NCBI GenBank assembly: GCA_964522605.1
Contig: CAZFWV010000002.1
Coordinates: forward strand, 6,519-70,518
DNA from: an uncultured Pirellulaceae bacterium
Lineage (GTDB): Bacteria; Planctomycetota; Planctomycetia; Pirellulales; Pirellulaceae
Direction: 5' to 3'
Length of the DNA: 64,000 nucleotides
Below, piece by piece: positions 35,201 through 44,440 of this stretch (within the stretch, counting starts at the first letter, position 1; each line of letters starts with the position of its first letter). The notes below the pieces were generated by a model. The model had not been told where the DNA came from. It saw only the letters and a list, made by a program, of their open reading frames with translations, and did not search any database. The position numbers were made by a program, and so were the translations under genes.

Positions 35201-35364
35201 GGGCCGTACGATGTGGTTGGGGAGACGCCCTCAGCACCCGGGCTGCACGGCTCCCGCGACTGGCTCTGAAGCCCGACCCTCAGCAGGCATTCGGGGCAGA
35301 GCCCTGACGGAGCATCGGCCGGAAGCTCCTCTCCGCATTGTCCGCAACGACGTTCCTCGGCCAT
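32254..35364 (-). CDS. Ser/Thr protein kinase with an N-terminal zinc-ribbon and two RDD-like membrane modules
   Basis: The ribbon is CGQCGEEL...CPECLL. Kinase motifs are GSGGMGAVYEA, VALK, HRDVKAANCFV, DFGLS and GTPAFASPEQ. An RDD-type segment (GAGIVDYSLF...GASVGKAICGVRVV) and further C-terminal TM helices follow. Confidence 0.9.
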   Translation of the reverse strand: MAEERRCGQCGEELPADAPSGLCPECLLRVGLQSQSREPCSPGAEGVSPTTSYGPGTDRSLTVDEEGQLALTPGQLFGGYRIVRRLGSGGMGAVYEADHLESGRRVALKVLAHRLDSPEAKQRFLREGRLAASVNHPNSVYVFGTEEIAGVPVIVMELVPGGTLEERVLREGPLPVGEAVDVILQVIDGLEAAEAGGVLHRDVKAANCFVDRDGTVKVGDFGLSISTSLRSESNLTTGGTFLGTPAFASPEQLRGDELDVRSDIYAVGVTLYYLLTAQMPYQADNLVRLIATVLEQPPRSPAELRPGIPEGLVRAVLRCLHKQPAARFRTYDELRQALAPHGSAAPTPAALGLRLGAGIVDYSLFSPAAACLMWAWFGNFERMSDTDYYGSPGHNALMAIMAFLYVLYFAVPEGLWGASVGKAICGVRVVNAKRNAPGLPRALARATVYVLIPQTVGLTYAVLIGAGVAPKPSMWLLQVIAYSWFALLALMFSTARRRNGYAGLQDLVSNTRVVLKSVYRSRPVLPREHESPEETKATPMVGPYHVLRILDKADGAELLLGYDWRLLRKVWIRRLPDGTPSVTSDVRDLARPGRLRWLAGRRAPGECWDAYEAPSGSPLVHLLKQPQPWQSVRFWLVDVAEELAAGAKNRSLPHVLALDRVWITLEGRAKLLDFPTPDIDQQGPWREMHKLAGDDKASTGTFLNCVAIAALEGRPIEPGKTCQRSVTAPLPLHARPIVDELPRIKEPEEAAHRLKPLLNRTAAVSRGRRLGLLAVCVAPLIPLLGIMAFGMHLTQRWAVENPDAAIVYQCLLKMVELERADGAVDEAEEQQRRDLELYVASRYGETSFNPWGPSVRRSSYQSGDILTGKLREIAEQAAAAHPDPSPEELAEATARLQPFLDELPPGLPGFPMESGQMVLFVVMMAVSNLVIWLAVPSVICALLFRGGLLSYVFGIAVVTSDGTRASRLRTLWRSLVIWSPCVLLPVFLVLLMSIGLGAGWAIGLAIIPVIALVAWSLSLADRGIPDRISGTYPVPR

Positions 35365-35555
35365 TGGACTTTCCCCAATTGTACGCTAGGACGACACGCC
35401 CCTGACCAGGAATTGGCACTCTTGCTGTGCGGAGATCTTAGAGAAAGATCATTCACTCCGCCTTCCGTTCCATCTGTTTTGACGCGGAATCTGGTCCATC
35501 TTCAGCGCGCCCATGGCCGTCTCTACCGCTATACAGACGAAAAATTCCCGGAAGG

Positions 35556-36329
35556 TTACAGGCTGGTGTCCGTTTTTTGGGAACTGACGGCCGCGAACAG
35601 CTCACGCAGCTCGTCGTCGATCTCGGCCGGATCGGCGACCGTCTGGGCGATCTCCTCCTTGAGAATCTCACGGTATCGCCGCCGGAGCCGATGGACGGCG
35701 ACCTTCACCGCTCCCTCCTTCATTCCCAAGGCTTCGGCCACCTCGCGGTAGGGGCGCGACTGGCGCCCGGCGGTGAGAAACTCCTTCAGACCGGTAAACA
35801 TTTCGGCCTTTCCGACCCGAATGTTTTCCTCCTCCAGCCGCTGGACCACGCGATCCAGCAGGGTCAGCGCCCAACGCCGCTGATAGAGCCGCTCGGGGGT
35901 GGAGGAGGTTGCCGGCTCGAGGTGGTAGCGGTGCTCCGCGTCGCGGAAGTCGAGTGAGAAGGGAATGCGGCCGCCTCCCCGTTTTTTCGCTCTCGCCCGC
36001 TCGCGTTGGTGTCCCAGATAGTGCTTGAGGGCGGCCAGCAGGAACGAACGGAACTTGCCGCGCCGGTCGTCGACGTCCTTGAGGAAATCCTTCTCCAGAA
36101 GCTGTGCGAAGAAGTCCTGGGTCAGGTCCTGGGCGTCGTGAGAAGAATACCCCGAACCCCGCAGGTACGCGTAAAGCGGAAACCAATACGTCTCGCACAA
36201 AGCGGCCAGAGCACGTTCCGAGTGGGGCGACTTGCCGTTTCGCGCCGAGAGCACGACGCTCCAGTGCGTCGTGGTGAACCATCGACGCTCAGCGGCTGCG
36301 GTCGGTTGTTTCTCTGGCGATTCCGACAT
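35556..36329 (-). CDS. ECF-type RNA polymerase sigma factor of the kinase-associated kind
   Basis: Starting at ATG 36329 gives MSESPEK...WFTTTHWSVVL...YWFPLYAYLR (region 2) and ...PYREVAEALGMKEGAVKVAVHRLRRRYREIL (region 4 HTH). The 87 codons upstream in the ORF-track version (to 36590) have no sigma similarity. It lies directly upstream of, and co-oriented with, the kinase. Confidence 0.9.
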   Translation of the reverse strand: MSESPEKQPTAAAERRWFTTTHWSVVLSARNGKSPHSERALAALCETYWFPLYAYLRGSGYSSHDAQDLTQDFFAQLLEKDFLKDVDDRRGKFRSFLLAALKHYLGHQRERARAKKRGGGRIPFSLDFRDAEHRYHLEPATSSTPERLYQRRWALTLLDRVVQRLEEENIRVGKAEMFTGLKEFLTAGRQSRPYREVAEALGMKEGAVKVAVHRLRRRYREILKEEIAQTVADPAEIDDELRELFAAVSSQKTDTSL

Positions 36330-36886
36330 GCTGATGAAGCCTACCCCGATAAGATCCGGCGTTGTGACCATGAGTATTCTATCGGACAAAAACCCGAGCA
36401 GTGCAGAGGTCGAAAGGACTGCTACAGTCCTGGTTGATCGCCAATTCGCAGAAGTTGGACAAACGTCAGCGGCTTCGCGCCATCCGCACTCATGCCGAGG
36501 GGGCCGACAACCGAAGGACGAGGCGGTGGTGTGAATGCGGCATTCTTCCGCGGCTCTTCGTGCTGCATTTGGCTCGATGGTCCCGCTCACCGCCGATTGA
36601 GTCTGAATTCCTATCTCTTCTGTAGAGATTTGAATACTCCATCAGTCGTCTAGCAATTGAAGGCTGGTCCGGCTCTTTACGATTTGAGACGATCGACTGC
36701 CAACGATCGTTCTCATCTCCAGCGTCGTTTGATGAGTTCGCACTCACCAAGCAACCACAGTCAACAGTTTCTCACTTCCCAATTGGCGTTTGGCCGGTTA
36801 AAACGGCGTCGCGAAAACCTTGTCCCTCGGCTTTGCGGTCGACGGCAAGTTTTCATCTGGTCCGAAGGGTGACGGGAGCGACAAAT

Positions 36887-39800
36887 ATGTTCGGGAAGAA
36901 ACTGTTTGTAGCACACGCGCGCCGACGACGTCAGAGTCGCGGTGGACGAGATTCAGTCAGACGGCTCGAAGTCGAGTGCTTGGAAGCCCGGTGCGTACTG
37001 AACGCAACCGTCTTCATCACGGAATTTGCGGCGGACGGACGAGCGAGCATCCCAGACGGGCAAGGTGATCATAACGATTGGATCGAGATTCACAATTCCG
37101 GTGCCGAGGTTGCCAACCTCGAGGGCTGGTATCTGACCGACGACGCACTTGACCTTCGCAAGTGGCGTTTCCCCGCCGTTGAATTGCCACCCAAAGGCTA
37201 CTTGGTTGTGTTTGCTTCGGGCAAAGACCAGGCAACGAGTGCAACCTCCTTGCACACGAACTTCAAGCTTTCAGACGATGGCGAATATCTTGCCTTGATT
37301 CACCCCGATGGCGTTACCGTTCAATCCGAGTTCAGCCCGACCTATCCGGCTCAATTATCTGGCGCTTCGTTTGGCCTGGCACAGCAGGAGTTGTCCGAGA
37401 CACTGGTTGCGCAGAGTAGCAGTTATCGATACTACGTTCCGCCGCCCGAGGCGACCGTCGATCGAACAACGGATTGGGCGGGCGCCGAATTCGACGATTC
37501 TGAGTGGAGCGAAGGTCAGGGGGCGCTGGGCTTCGATCAGACGGGAACCCTTTTGAATTTGATCGAGACAGACATCGGATCTGTCATGTGGGAGAAGAGC
37601 TCCACCGCCTACTTGCGCACGTACTTCGAGGTTCCTTCGCTGACGGATTGGGCTTGGATCCGGTTTCAACTTCGATATGACGCGGGCTACATCATTTACG
37701 TAAATGGCGAGCGGGTGGCCTCAGAAAATGCCAATTCTCTGCCCACGAGTCGTTCTCGCGCTGTGAAGGAACGACTGGATCCGCCAGAATCCATTCAAAC
37801 GCTCCTCTTCAGAGTGGATGAACTGCCACTGAGAGAAGGGCAAAATGTCTTGGCGGTTCACGGAATGAATTCGGTGCGAAGCGAGGAAGATTTTTTGATT
37901 GAGTTTGAGGTGAGCGCGGTCCGTCCGGGAGCTATCACGCTTGATGATGCAGGGTCTTTCTTCTATCCGCCGTCGCCAGGGTATGTCAATGGCGTGAACG
38001 GTGTGGAAGGACAGGTGGCGGAAGTGCAGGCGAGTGTGCCGCGCGGTTTCTATAACGCACCGCAACAGCTCGAACTGACCACCGCAACACCGGGTGCCAC
38101 GATCGTGTACACCACCGACGGAACTTTGCCGACGCTGCATAACGGCATTGCCACCGCTTCCAATTCGGAAGAGCTGACACCCCGGGTAACGATCGACGTG
38201 GCATCCACAACGACCCTGCGAGTTGCCGCGTTCAGGTCCGATTTGGTTCCGACGCCGGCTGTGACTTATACCTATATCTTTCTGTCCGATGTTCTCACGC
38301 AGTCGGCTGATGGCGCACCAGCACCCGGTTGGCCAAACTTCAATGTCAACGGTCAGAAGTTCGACTATGGGATGGATCCTGACGTCGTAAACGATCCCGA
38401 GTATGGACCTCAGTTGCTCGAAGCACTGATGGATCTACCATCCATTTCTCTGGTGACCGAGCCCCAGCATCTCTTCGATTCGGCAACAGGGATTTACGTG
38501 AATGCCGATACGGCGCGTGCCGACGAATCGCTCTGGGAACGGCCCGCATCGATCGAACTTATTCATCCGGATGGGCAGGAGGGTTTTCAGATCGACGCCG
38601 GATTGCGCATTCGCGGCGGCTACAGCCGTAACGATGCGAATCCAAAACATGCCTTTCGCGTGCTCTTTCGATCGATGTACGGTGCCGCGGAGCTTGAGTA
38701 TCCCCTGTTTGGCGAAGAAGGGGCCGACACACTTGAGAAAATCGACCTGCGTACGTCACAGGTGCCTTCCTGGAGTTTTTGTATTCCGCAACATCTCCCG
38801 TATTGTGTTGAGCATACGATGGTCCGCGACGTATTCGCCCGCGATACGCAACGCGACATGGGGCAGCCGTACACGAGGAGCCGCTACTACCATCTTTATC
38901 TCAACGGCCAGTACTGGGGACTCTATCAATCTCAGGAGCGTGCCGACGGAGCTCACGGGGAAAGGTATCTCGGCGGCGACGAGGATGACTACGACGTCAT
39001 CAAGGTGGAATCTCAGCAATATGATGCGGTGGCAACGCACGGCACATTGACTGCCTGGCGTGACTTGTGGGACGCGGCAAAAGCGGGTTTCACGGACAAT
39101 GCAGATTACTATCGTGTACAGGGCCTGAACCCCGATGGTTCGCCCAACCCCGATCTTCCCGTCTTGCTCGATGTGGATAATCTGATTGACTACGTCCTGA
39201 CCATCTACTACACCGGCGATTTGGACGCTGCCATCAGCTGGTTTGGCGATAACCTAATGCCAAACAACTGGTTTGGCATTCGCAACCGGAACGCCCGCGA
39301 AGGATTTCAGTTCTTTGCACATGATGCCGAATGGGGTTTGTTCGATGTGAACGAAAATCGCTTGGGCCCCTGGCCCGCCGGCGATCAGTTTGTGGACAGC
39401 AATCCGCAATGGCTTCATCAGCAGTTGGTTGCCAACGAGGAGTACCGTCTGCGGTTTGCCGATCGGGTGCAGCGGCATCTGTTTCATGGCGGTGCGTTGA
39501 GTCCCGAGTCCGCTCTGGCACGGGTTCAGGCACGCATCGACCAAATTGACAAAGCGATTATCGCCGAATCCGCTCGGTGGGGTGACGCTTCCGGAACGAC
39601 ATTGCATACGAAGCAGCACTGGCTGACTGCTCTGCGGCATATCACCGACGTCTACATCCCGCAACGCCGCGAGATTCTGATTGAACAATTGCGCAACGCC
39701 CAACTCGCTGGCCCCCTCAGTGGGACAGCACCTTTGGTCATGCCCGGCGAAGCACCGGCGCTGATTCCTCACGGCGGAGTGTTTGACCAAAGTCGGGAAC

Positions 39801-41326
39801 TGCAGATGGTCGCAGAAGGAGACATCGTCTTCACCGTGGATGGTACGGATCCACGTGAACACGCGCCGGTAGTCGAGTGGACTCCTGTCGTCGGAGCGAA
39901 CTCGGAGCTGCAGTACTACGTGCCCACGGATGCCGCCCTACAGGATCGTTGGTCTGCGGTCGACTTGGACAGTACTTCGTGGAACACCGCCACCGGCGGC
40001 ATCGGATTTGGCAATCTGCCGGCTGGACCGGGCGACGTGGTGTTTCAGGATGTGGAGCAAGAGATGAGGAGCATTAACTCGAGTGTCTACGTCCGAATTC
40101 CGTTTGAGCTTCCTGTGGCGATGACCACGGATACCATCCGACTGAGAGTCGCAGTTGACGACGGATTTGTGGCTTTCCTGAACGGCGTCCGGATTACCGA
40201 GGACAAGGCGCCGGAGCAACTGGCGTGGAATTCACGGGCGACGCAGCCCGCATCGAGCGTGAACATTACTTTCGATCGCGTACTTGGCGAACACACTGAC
40301 GTGCTGCGTCCAGGCGAAAATGTCTTGGCGATTCAGGGACTGAACCGGACTCCGAGCAGCACCGATTTTCTCCTAGCACCCGAACTCTTTGTGGGCAAGG
40401 TGGTTCACCCGGGAACATCGGCTTCGGCCACTCTTTACACTGAACCGATCACTCTCTACGACACGACTCAGATCCAGGCACGAGCCTATCAGCAGGGCCA
40501 ATGGAGTGCGCTGAGTGAGGCAGAATACGTCGGACCGCCGCTCCCGGTGCGAATTGACGAAATCATGTATCATCCGTCTAGCCTCACGGCGGCCGAGCAC
40601 GCGGCGGGTTTTCTTGACGATAACGATTTCGAATATGTCGAATTGTTGAATCTCTCGGATGTTTCGACGGTCAACCTGGCCGGAGTTACTTTGAATGACG
40701 CATTGGATTACGTCTTTCCTGAAGTGTTTCTCGGCCCTGGCGAACGCGCCGTTGTGGTACGAAATCAGGCGGCATTTGAATACCGCTACGGAACCGATCT
40801 TCGTGTCGTGGGAGAGTATGGTTTTGAGGACGGCGGCAATAAACTGAGCAACGAAGGCGAAAGCCTCGAACTGCGCGATCGTTTCGGCGTACTGCTGCAC
40901 CGGATCGTGTACGACGATCGTTGGTTTCCCCAGACCGACGGCGTCGGCGCCTCCTTGCAGGCGATCGATGCACGTTCCTTTACGCCGCTTCACGAATCCA
41001 CAGCCAGTGACTGGCGGCCCTCTGCATCCCTGGCCGGAACTCCCGGACGACCGCCACGTCTGGTGGGCGATGTCAACGCGGATGGCTTATTCGACACGAG
41101 TGATCTCGTGCAATTGCTCATTCACGGCGAATATGAGGACGGAATCCTGGGGAATTCGACGTTCGATGAAGGAGATTGGAATGGGGACGGTGAATTCGAC
41201 GTAGCCGACCTCGTACTCGCCCTCCAGTTGGGACACTACGAGAAACCAGCCGTTGCTCGAGAACCGGTTCGAGCGGCGGGCGTCGTGGACCGTATCTTCG
41301 CAGTGAATCAGACTCCGCACACGTAG
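36887..41326 (+). CDS. Giant secreted CotH-kinase-family protein with two lamin-tail (LTD) domains, two jelly-roll modules and a dockerin-like C-terminus
   Basis: N-terminus: MFGKKLF...RRLEVECLEARCVLNA. LTD: VFITEFAADG...DWIEIHNSGAEVANLEGWYLTDD. CotH core: KHAFRVLFRS...MVRDVFARD...YYHLYLNGQYWGLYQSQER. Second LTD: IDEIMYHP...FEYVELLN. Dockerin-like tail: GDVNADGLFDTSDLV...GDWNGDGEFDVADLV. Confidence 0.9.
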   Translation: MFGKKLFVAHARRRRQSRGGRDSVRRLEVECLEARCVLNATVFITEFAADGRASIPDGQGDHNDWIEIHNSGAEVANLEGWYLTDDALDLRKWRFPAVELPPKGYLVVFASGKDQATSATSLHTNFKLSDDGEYLALIHPDGVTVQSEFSPTYPAQLSGASFGLAQQELSETLVAQSSSYRYYVPPPEATVDRTTDWAGAEFDDSEWSEGQGALGFDQTGTLLNLIETDIGSVMWEKSSTAYLRTYFEVPSLTDWAWIRFQLRYDAGYIIYVNGERVASENANSLPTSRSRAVKERLDPPESIQTLLFRVDELPLREGQNVLAVHGMNSVRSEEDFLIEFEVSAVRPGAITLDDAGSFFYPPSPGYVNGVNGVEGQVAEVQASVPRGFYNAPQQLELTTATPGATIVYTTDGTLPTLHNGIATASNSEELTPRVTIDVASTTTLRVAAFRSDLVPTPAVTYTYIFLSDVLTQSADGAPAPGWPNFNVNGQKFDYGMDPDVVNDPEYGPQLLEALMDLPSISLVTEPQHLFDSATGIYVNADTARADESLWERPASIELIHPDGQEGFQIDAGLRIRGGYSRNDANPKHAFRVLFRSMYGAAELEYPLFGEEGADTLEKIDLRTSQVPSWSFCIPQHLPYCVEHTMVRDVFARDTQRDMGQPYTRSRYYHLYLNGQYWGLYQSQERADGAHGERYLGGDEDDYDVIKVESQQYDAVATHGTLTAWRDLWDAAKAGFTDNADYYRVQGLNPDGSPNPDLPVLLDVDNLIDYVLTIYYTGDLDAAISWFGDNLMPNNWFGIRNRNAREGFQFFAHDAEWGLFDVNENRLGPWPAGDQFVDSNPQWLHQQLVANEEYRLRFADRVQRHLFHGGALSPESALARVQARIDQIDKAIIAESARWGDASGTTLHTKQHWLTALRHITDVYIPQRREILIEQLRNAQLAGPLSGTAPLVMPGEAPALIPHGGVFDQSRELQMVAEGDIVFTVDGTDPREHAPVVEWTPVVGANSELQYYVPTDAALQDRWSAVDLDSTSWNTATGGIGFGNLPAGPGDVVFQDVEQEMRSINSSVYVRIPFELPVAMTTDTIRLRVAVDDGFVAFLNGVRITEDKAPEQLAWNSRATQPASSVNITFDRVLGEHTDVLRPGENVLAIQGLNRTPSSTDFLLAPELFVGKVVHPGTSASATLYTEPITLYDTTQIQARAYQQGQWSALSEAEYVGPPLPVRIDEIMYHPSSLTAAEHAAGFLDDNDFEYVELLNLSDVSTVNLAGVTLNDALDYVFPEVFLGPGERAVVVRNQAAFEYRYGTDLRVVGEYGFEDGGNKLSNEGESLELRDRFGVLLHRIVYDDRWFPQTDGVGASLQAIDARSFTPLHESTASDWRPSASLAGTPGRPPRLVGDVNADGLFDTSDLVQLLIHGEYEDGILGNSTFDEGDWNGDGEFDVADLVLALQLGHYEKPAVAREPVRAAGVVDRIFAVNQTPHT

Positions 41327-41653
41327 AGAACCTGGTGTGAGTTCGACGGTCGCCTTGGCCGTCGCCAGCTACCCGTCATCCGCAAAAACTTGCGCTGACA
41401 AACTCTCTCGTCGCGCGGCAGGTCGTGGCCGTCGTCATCTTCGCAATTGATTCTCAGTGCGAGCCACGCTGCGTGAGGATGTCGTTCATCAAACGTGAAA
41501 ATGGCAAAAATGGCCACACTCCCAGGAGCATCTTTCGGGGCATGCCGCTATACTCGAAAAGCGCACGTCTCATGTTCGATCCGGGCATCGGACCGCATGA
41601 GCCGATGCGAGGAAATACGTTGCGAACGCCATGAATGCAGAATCCGGTAGCGC

Positions 41654-44413
41654 ATGCCATTACATCGCAATTGTCGCAGATTGCTGAAGTGTTTTTGCTC
41701 GGTGTTGGAACAGATGTCGGGCGTCCCACTTCAAAGCACTCACTCGAAACCCTTTCGTGCTTGGGTAGCGACGCTCATTCTCGTAGTAATGTGGACGGGT
41801 TGTCTGACGAGTGGAGCCGAGGCAGCGGTCTATAACCTTCATCTCGTCACCGACAATGGGCCGGACTACACAGACATTCAGTCTTTTGTGCAAAGTACGA
41901 CCGAGCGCTGTTCAACACCTCAGGAAAAATGTATCGCCATCTGGAGCTGGGGTCGGCGGAGCCGCCGGCAGACGAGTTGCGCCGAGGAGAATGGGCGACT
42001 GATCTGGGATCCCATCCTTCACTATAACTCGTACGGTGCGATGAACTGTGGCGTGATCTCCGCGCTGAACATCTCGAGCTTCTTACAACTCGGTTACCAG
42101 GCGCGCTACATTCAACTGGGAGATCACACGGTCAGCGAGGTCTCATGGAACGGCGGTCAGTCGTGGCATCTGTTCGATTCTTCCATGAGCTTCTTTTGTT
42201 ACAACCATGCCGGGGAAGTTGCCAGTTGCCAGGAAATCCAAGAGTCGCATGCATGCGAACTTTCCGGCGGAAAGAGTGAGCCAGGTCACTACTACTTGTA
42301 TCACGGCGCACCGCAGTGTGTCTCGCACCTCGGGGCCAACGGATGGCGGAAAGCAAGCGATCAGCCGGTGGCCTACGAGCGGACCCTGATCAACGGGGCG
42401 TCATCTTACACGGATGGGTTTTCGGTCAGTCCGTATACTCAGTACGCGCGCTATGGGCGTCGTTATACACTGAACCTCCTGGCCCACCAGTCGTACACTC
42501 GTCACTGGAAGCCCCTCGACCGCGACAACCCGAACGTAACTGACCCGCAGAAGTCGGACTACTACCGTCCCCTCGGGGGCCGTGACCCCGACGAGCAACA
42601 CGGACTCAATAACATTCGGGGCAATGGCGTTTGGGTATTCGATCCCGATCTTGCCAAGGCAGACGGTCGAAAGATCTTCTACGACTGCCATGGTATCCGA
42701 ACGCGGAGCGAAGATGGCGCGGCTCCCAATCTGCATCCCGAAGAACCGGGAAAGTTGGGCTCAGTCGTCTTCAAAGTTTCCGCCGCCAACGTGATCACAT
42801 CGATGCAGATTGAAGGCAGCGGCGAACGCTCCGAGCCTGACGATGTGTTTCGCTTGTTCGTCAGCCGGAGTGCTGGAATCCGATGGACGCCTGTCTGGGA
42901 ATCTCAAGAAACAGGGTCCCAGAGGATCGACCTGAGGCTGCGCGACGAAGTTGCTGGGGTGACGGAATGCCTGGTCAAGGTCGAGATGCAGGCTGCCGAA
43001 AAATGTGCCAGCGTCGGGCTCAACTCGCTGAAACTGACCACGGTGACGCAGCTCAACCGCCGCACGTTGCCCAGGCTCACGCTGGGGTCCAACCGGGTGC
43101 GATTATTCGCCGACGAACAGACCGACAGTACGCTACTATGGCCGCCGCTGCACGCCGGATTGTATCAGGAGACGGTTTTTCATGAGGACCGCGTCCACGG
43201 GACGAACGAGCCGGATGGGATTTACAAAGCCACACTCGGGTCAGCGGTCAACGGCGAGGAGTGTTCTGCGACGTGGCGTCTGGAAGTTCCGACGGACATG
43301 ACCGGTGTAACGTATGGCGTGGTCGCGACGAACCGATCGTCGGCCTCTTACGTTTCTCTTCGTTACAGTTTTGACGGGGAGACTTTCCAGGAGTTTTTTC
43401 GGAAGTCCGACGGTGGCTTTCCTTTCGACAAACAAGTACTCCACACAGTCGACGACGCGCACGTGCCGACAAATACCCGCCAGGCATATCTCCAATGCGC
43501 GTTCTTCTGTCGGGGCGGCGCGGCAACGTATGGCATGGACGGGATTCAAGACCTGTGGATTCGAGCCCAGCACGAGCCGACCGATACACGCTTCGAACCG
43601 CTCGAGGTTACCTATCATTGGACCGAGCATCGGAAATCCGGCGACATCGCTCGGTCACACACGGAACTAATCGAGTCATTGCCGCACGAATATGTCATCA
43701 ACACGGCCGGGTATCGTGACCCGACCATGAACTGGGTCCGGATGAATCTGAGCAGACACGGCCCTCCGAATCCCAGTGCCACGTACGGTTACTCGGATGG
43801 GCAAGACATTGGCCCGGCGTTTGAGCATCGTGCAGTGACCTACGCCTGGGGTACAAATCTGGCAAAAGGGAAGCCCTACTCGACGAGCCGCCCGTCAAGC
43901 TCTGCTTCCAAGAATCCCGATACGGATGGCCGCGAACTGACCAACGGCGTGATAATCGCGCCGACCGACTTGACCGCGAGCGACGTGGTCCAAAGTGCCA
44001 CCGCCTTTTGGACTGCCGACGAGCCTGTCGTTTTCGTGGTGGACCTGGAGGGCCCGCAGACCGTGGCCGGTGTTCGAGTCAGTAGTCATCAACCCAACGC
44101 GAACTATTGCCATCCGCAGCGAGTTGAAGTTTCTGTTTCGGCGAACGGAGAGAATTGGCAGGCAGCCGGCGCGATCCATCACGACGATCTCTGGAAGCCT
44201 CCGGCAGATTATGAGCCTTGGGAACACGACGACGATCCGAGCTACGATCACCTCCGTGCTGGAGGTCGACTGGCCTATACCTATCCCCTGGTTCTGGACG
44301 CACCTGTTGTCGCGCGCTACGTGCGTTTCACGTGCATTCCCTTGGAAGGGAAGGGCATCGGGCTTTCCGAGTTGCAGGTGTTCGATCGCGTAAACGCGAC
44401 GCCGTCGCCGTAG
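41654..44413 (+). CDS. Secreted 919-aa protein with a transglutaminase-like Cys-His-Asp core and a C-terminal discoidin domain; paralog of 15741-18335
   Basis: Core: YGAMNCGVIS (Cys codon 42047-42049), GDHTVSEV (His 42125-42127) and WHLFDSSMS (Asp 42176-42178). Discoidin-like C-terminus: LTNGVIIAP...ARYVRFTCIPLEGKGIGLSELQVF. ATG 41714 (MSGVPLQS...) is an alternative start. Confidence 0.8.
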   Translation: MPLHRNCRRLLKCFCSVLEQMSGVPLQSTHSKPFRAWVATLILVVMWTGCLTSGAEAAVYNLHLVTDNGPDYTDIQSFVQSTTERCSTPQEKCIAIWSWGRRSRRQTSCAEENGRLIWDPILHYNSYGAMNCGVISALNISSFLQLGYQARYIQLGDHTVSEVSWNGGQSWHLFDSSMSFFCYNHAGEVASCQEIQESHACELSGGKSEPGHYYLYHGAPQCVSHLGANGWRKASDQPVAYERTLINGASSYTDGFSVSPYTQYARYGRRYTLNLLAHQSYTRHWKPLDRDNPNVTDPQKSDYYRPLGGRDPDEQHGLNNIRGNGVWVFDPDLAKADGRKIFYDCHGIRTRSEDGAAPNLHPEEPGKLGSVVFKVSAANVITSMQIEGSGERSEPDDVFRLFVSRSAGIRWTPVWESQETGSQRIDLRLRDEVAGVTECLVKVEMQAAEKCASVGLNSLKLTTVTQLNRRTLPRLTLGSNRVRLFADEQTDSTLLWPPLHAGLYQETVFHEDRVHGTNEPDGIYKATLGSAVNGEECSATWRLEVPTDMTGVTYGVVATNRSSASYVSLRYSFDGETFQEFFRKSDGGFPFDKQVLHTVDDAHVPTNTRQAYLQCAFFCRGGAATYGMDGIQDLWIRAQHEPTDTRFEPLEVTYHWTEHRKSGDIARSHTELIESLPHEYVINTAGYRDPTMNWVRMNLSRHGPPNPSATYGYSDGQDIGPAFEHRAVTYAWGTNLAKGKPYSTSRPSSSASKNPDTDGRELTNGVIIAPTDLTASDVVQSATAFWTADEPVVFVVDLEGPQTVAGVRVSSHQPNANYCHPQRVEVSVSANGENWQAAGAIHHDDLWKPPADYEPWEHDDDPSYDHLRAGGRLAYTYPLVLDAPVVARYVRFTCIPLEGKGIGLSELQVFDRVNATPSP

Positions 44414-44440
44414 AGGACGTGTCGGTTTTTCAGGAGTCCC

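Noticed and set aside
36330-36590. N-terminal 87 codons of the 344-aa ORF-track version of the ECF sigma gene
   Set aside because: The translation is Cys/Arg-rich with no sigma region. Conserved sigma sequence starts right after ATG 36329 (MSESPEK...WFTTTHW).
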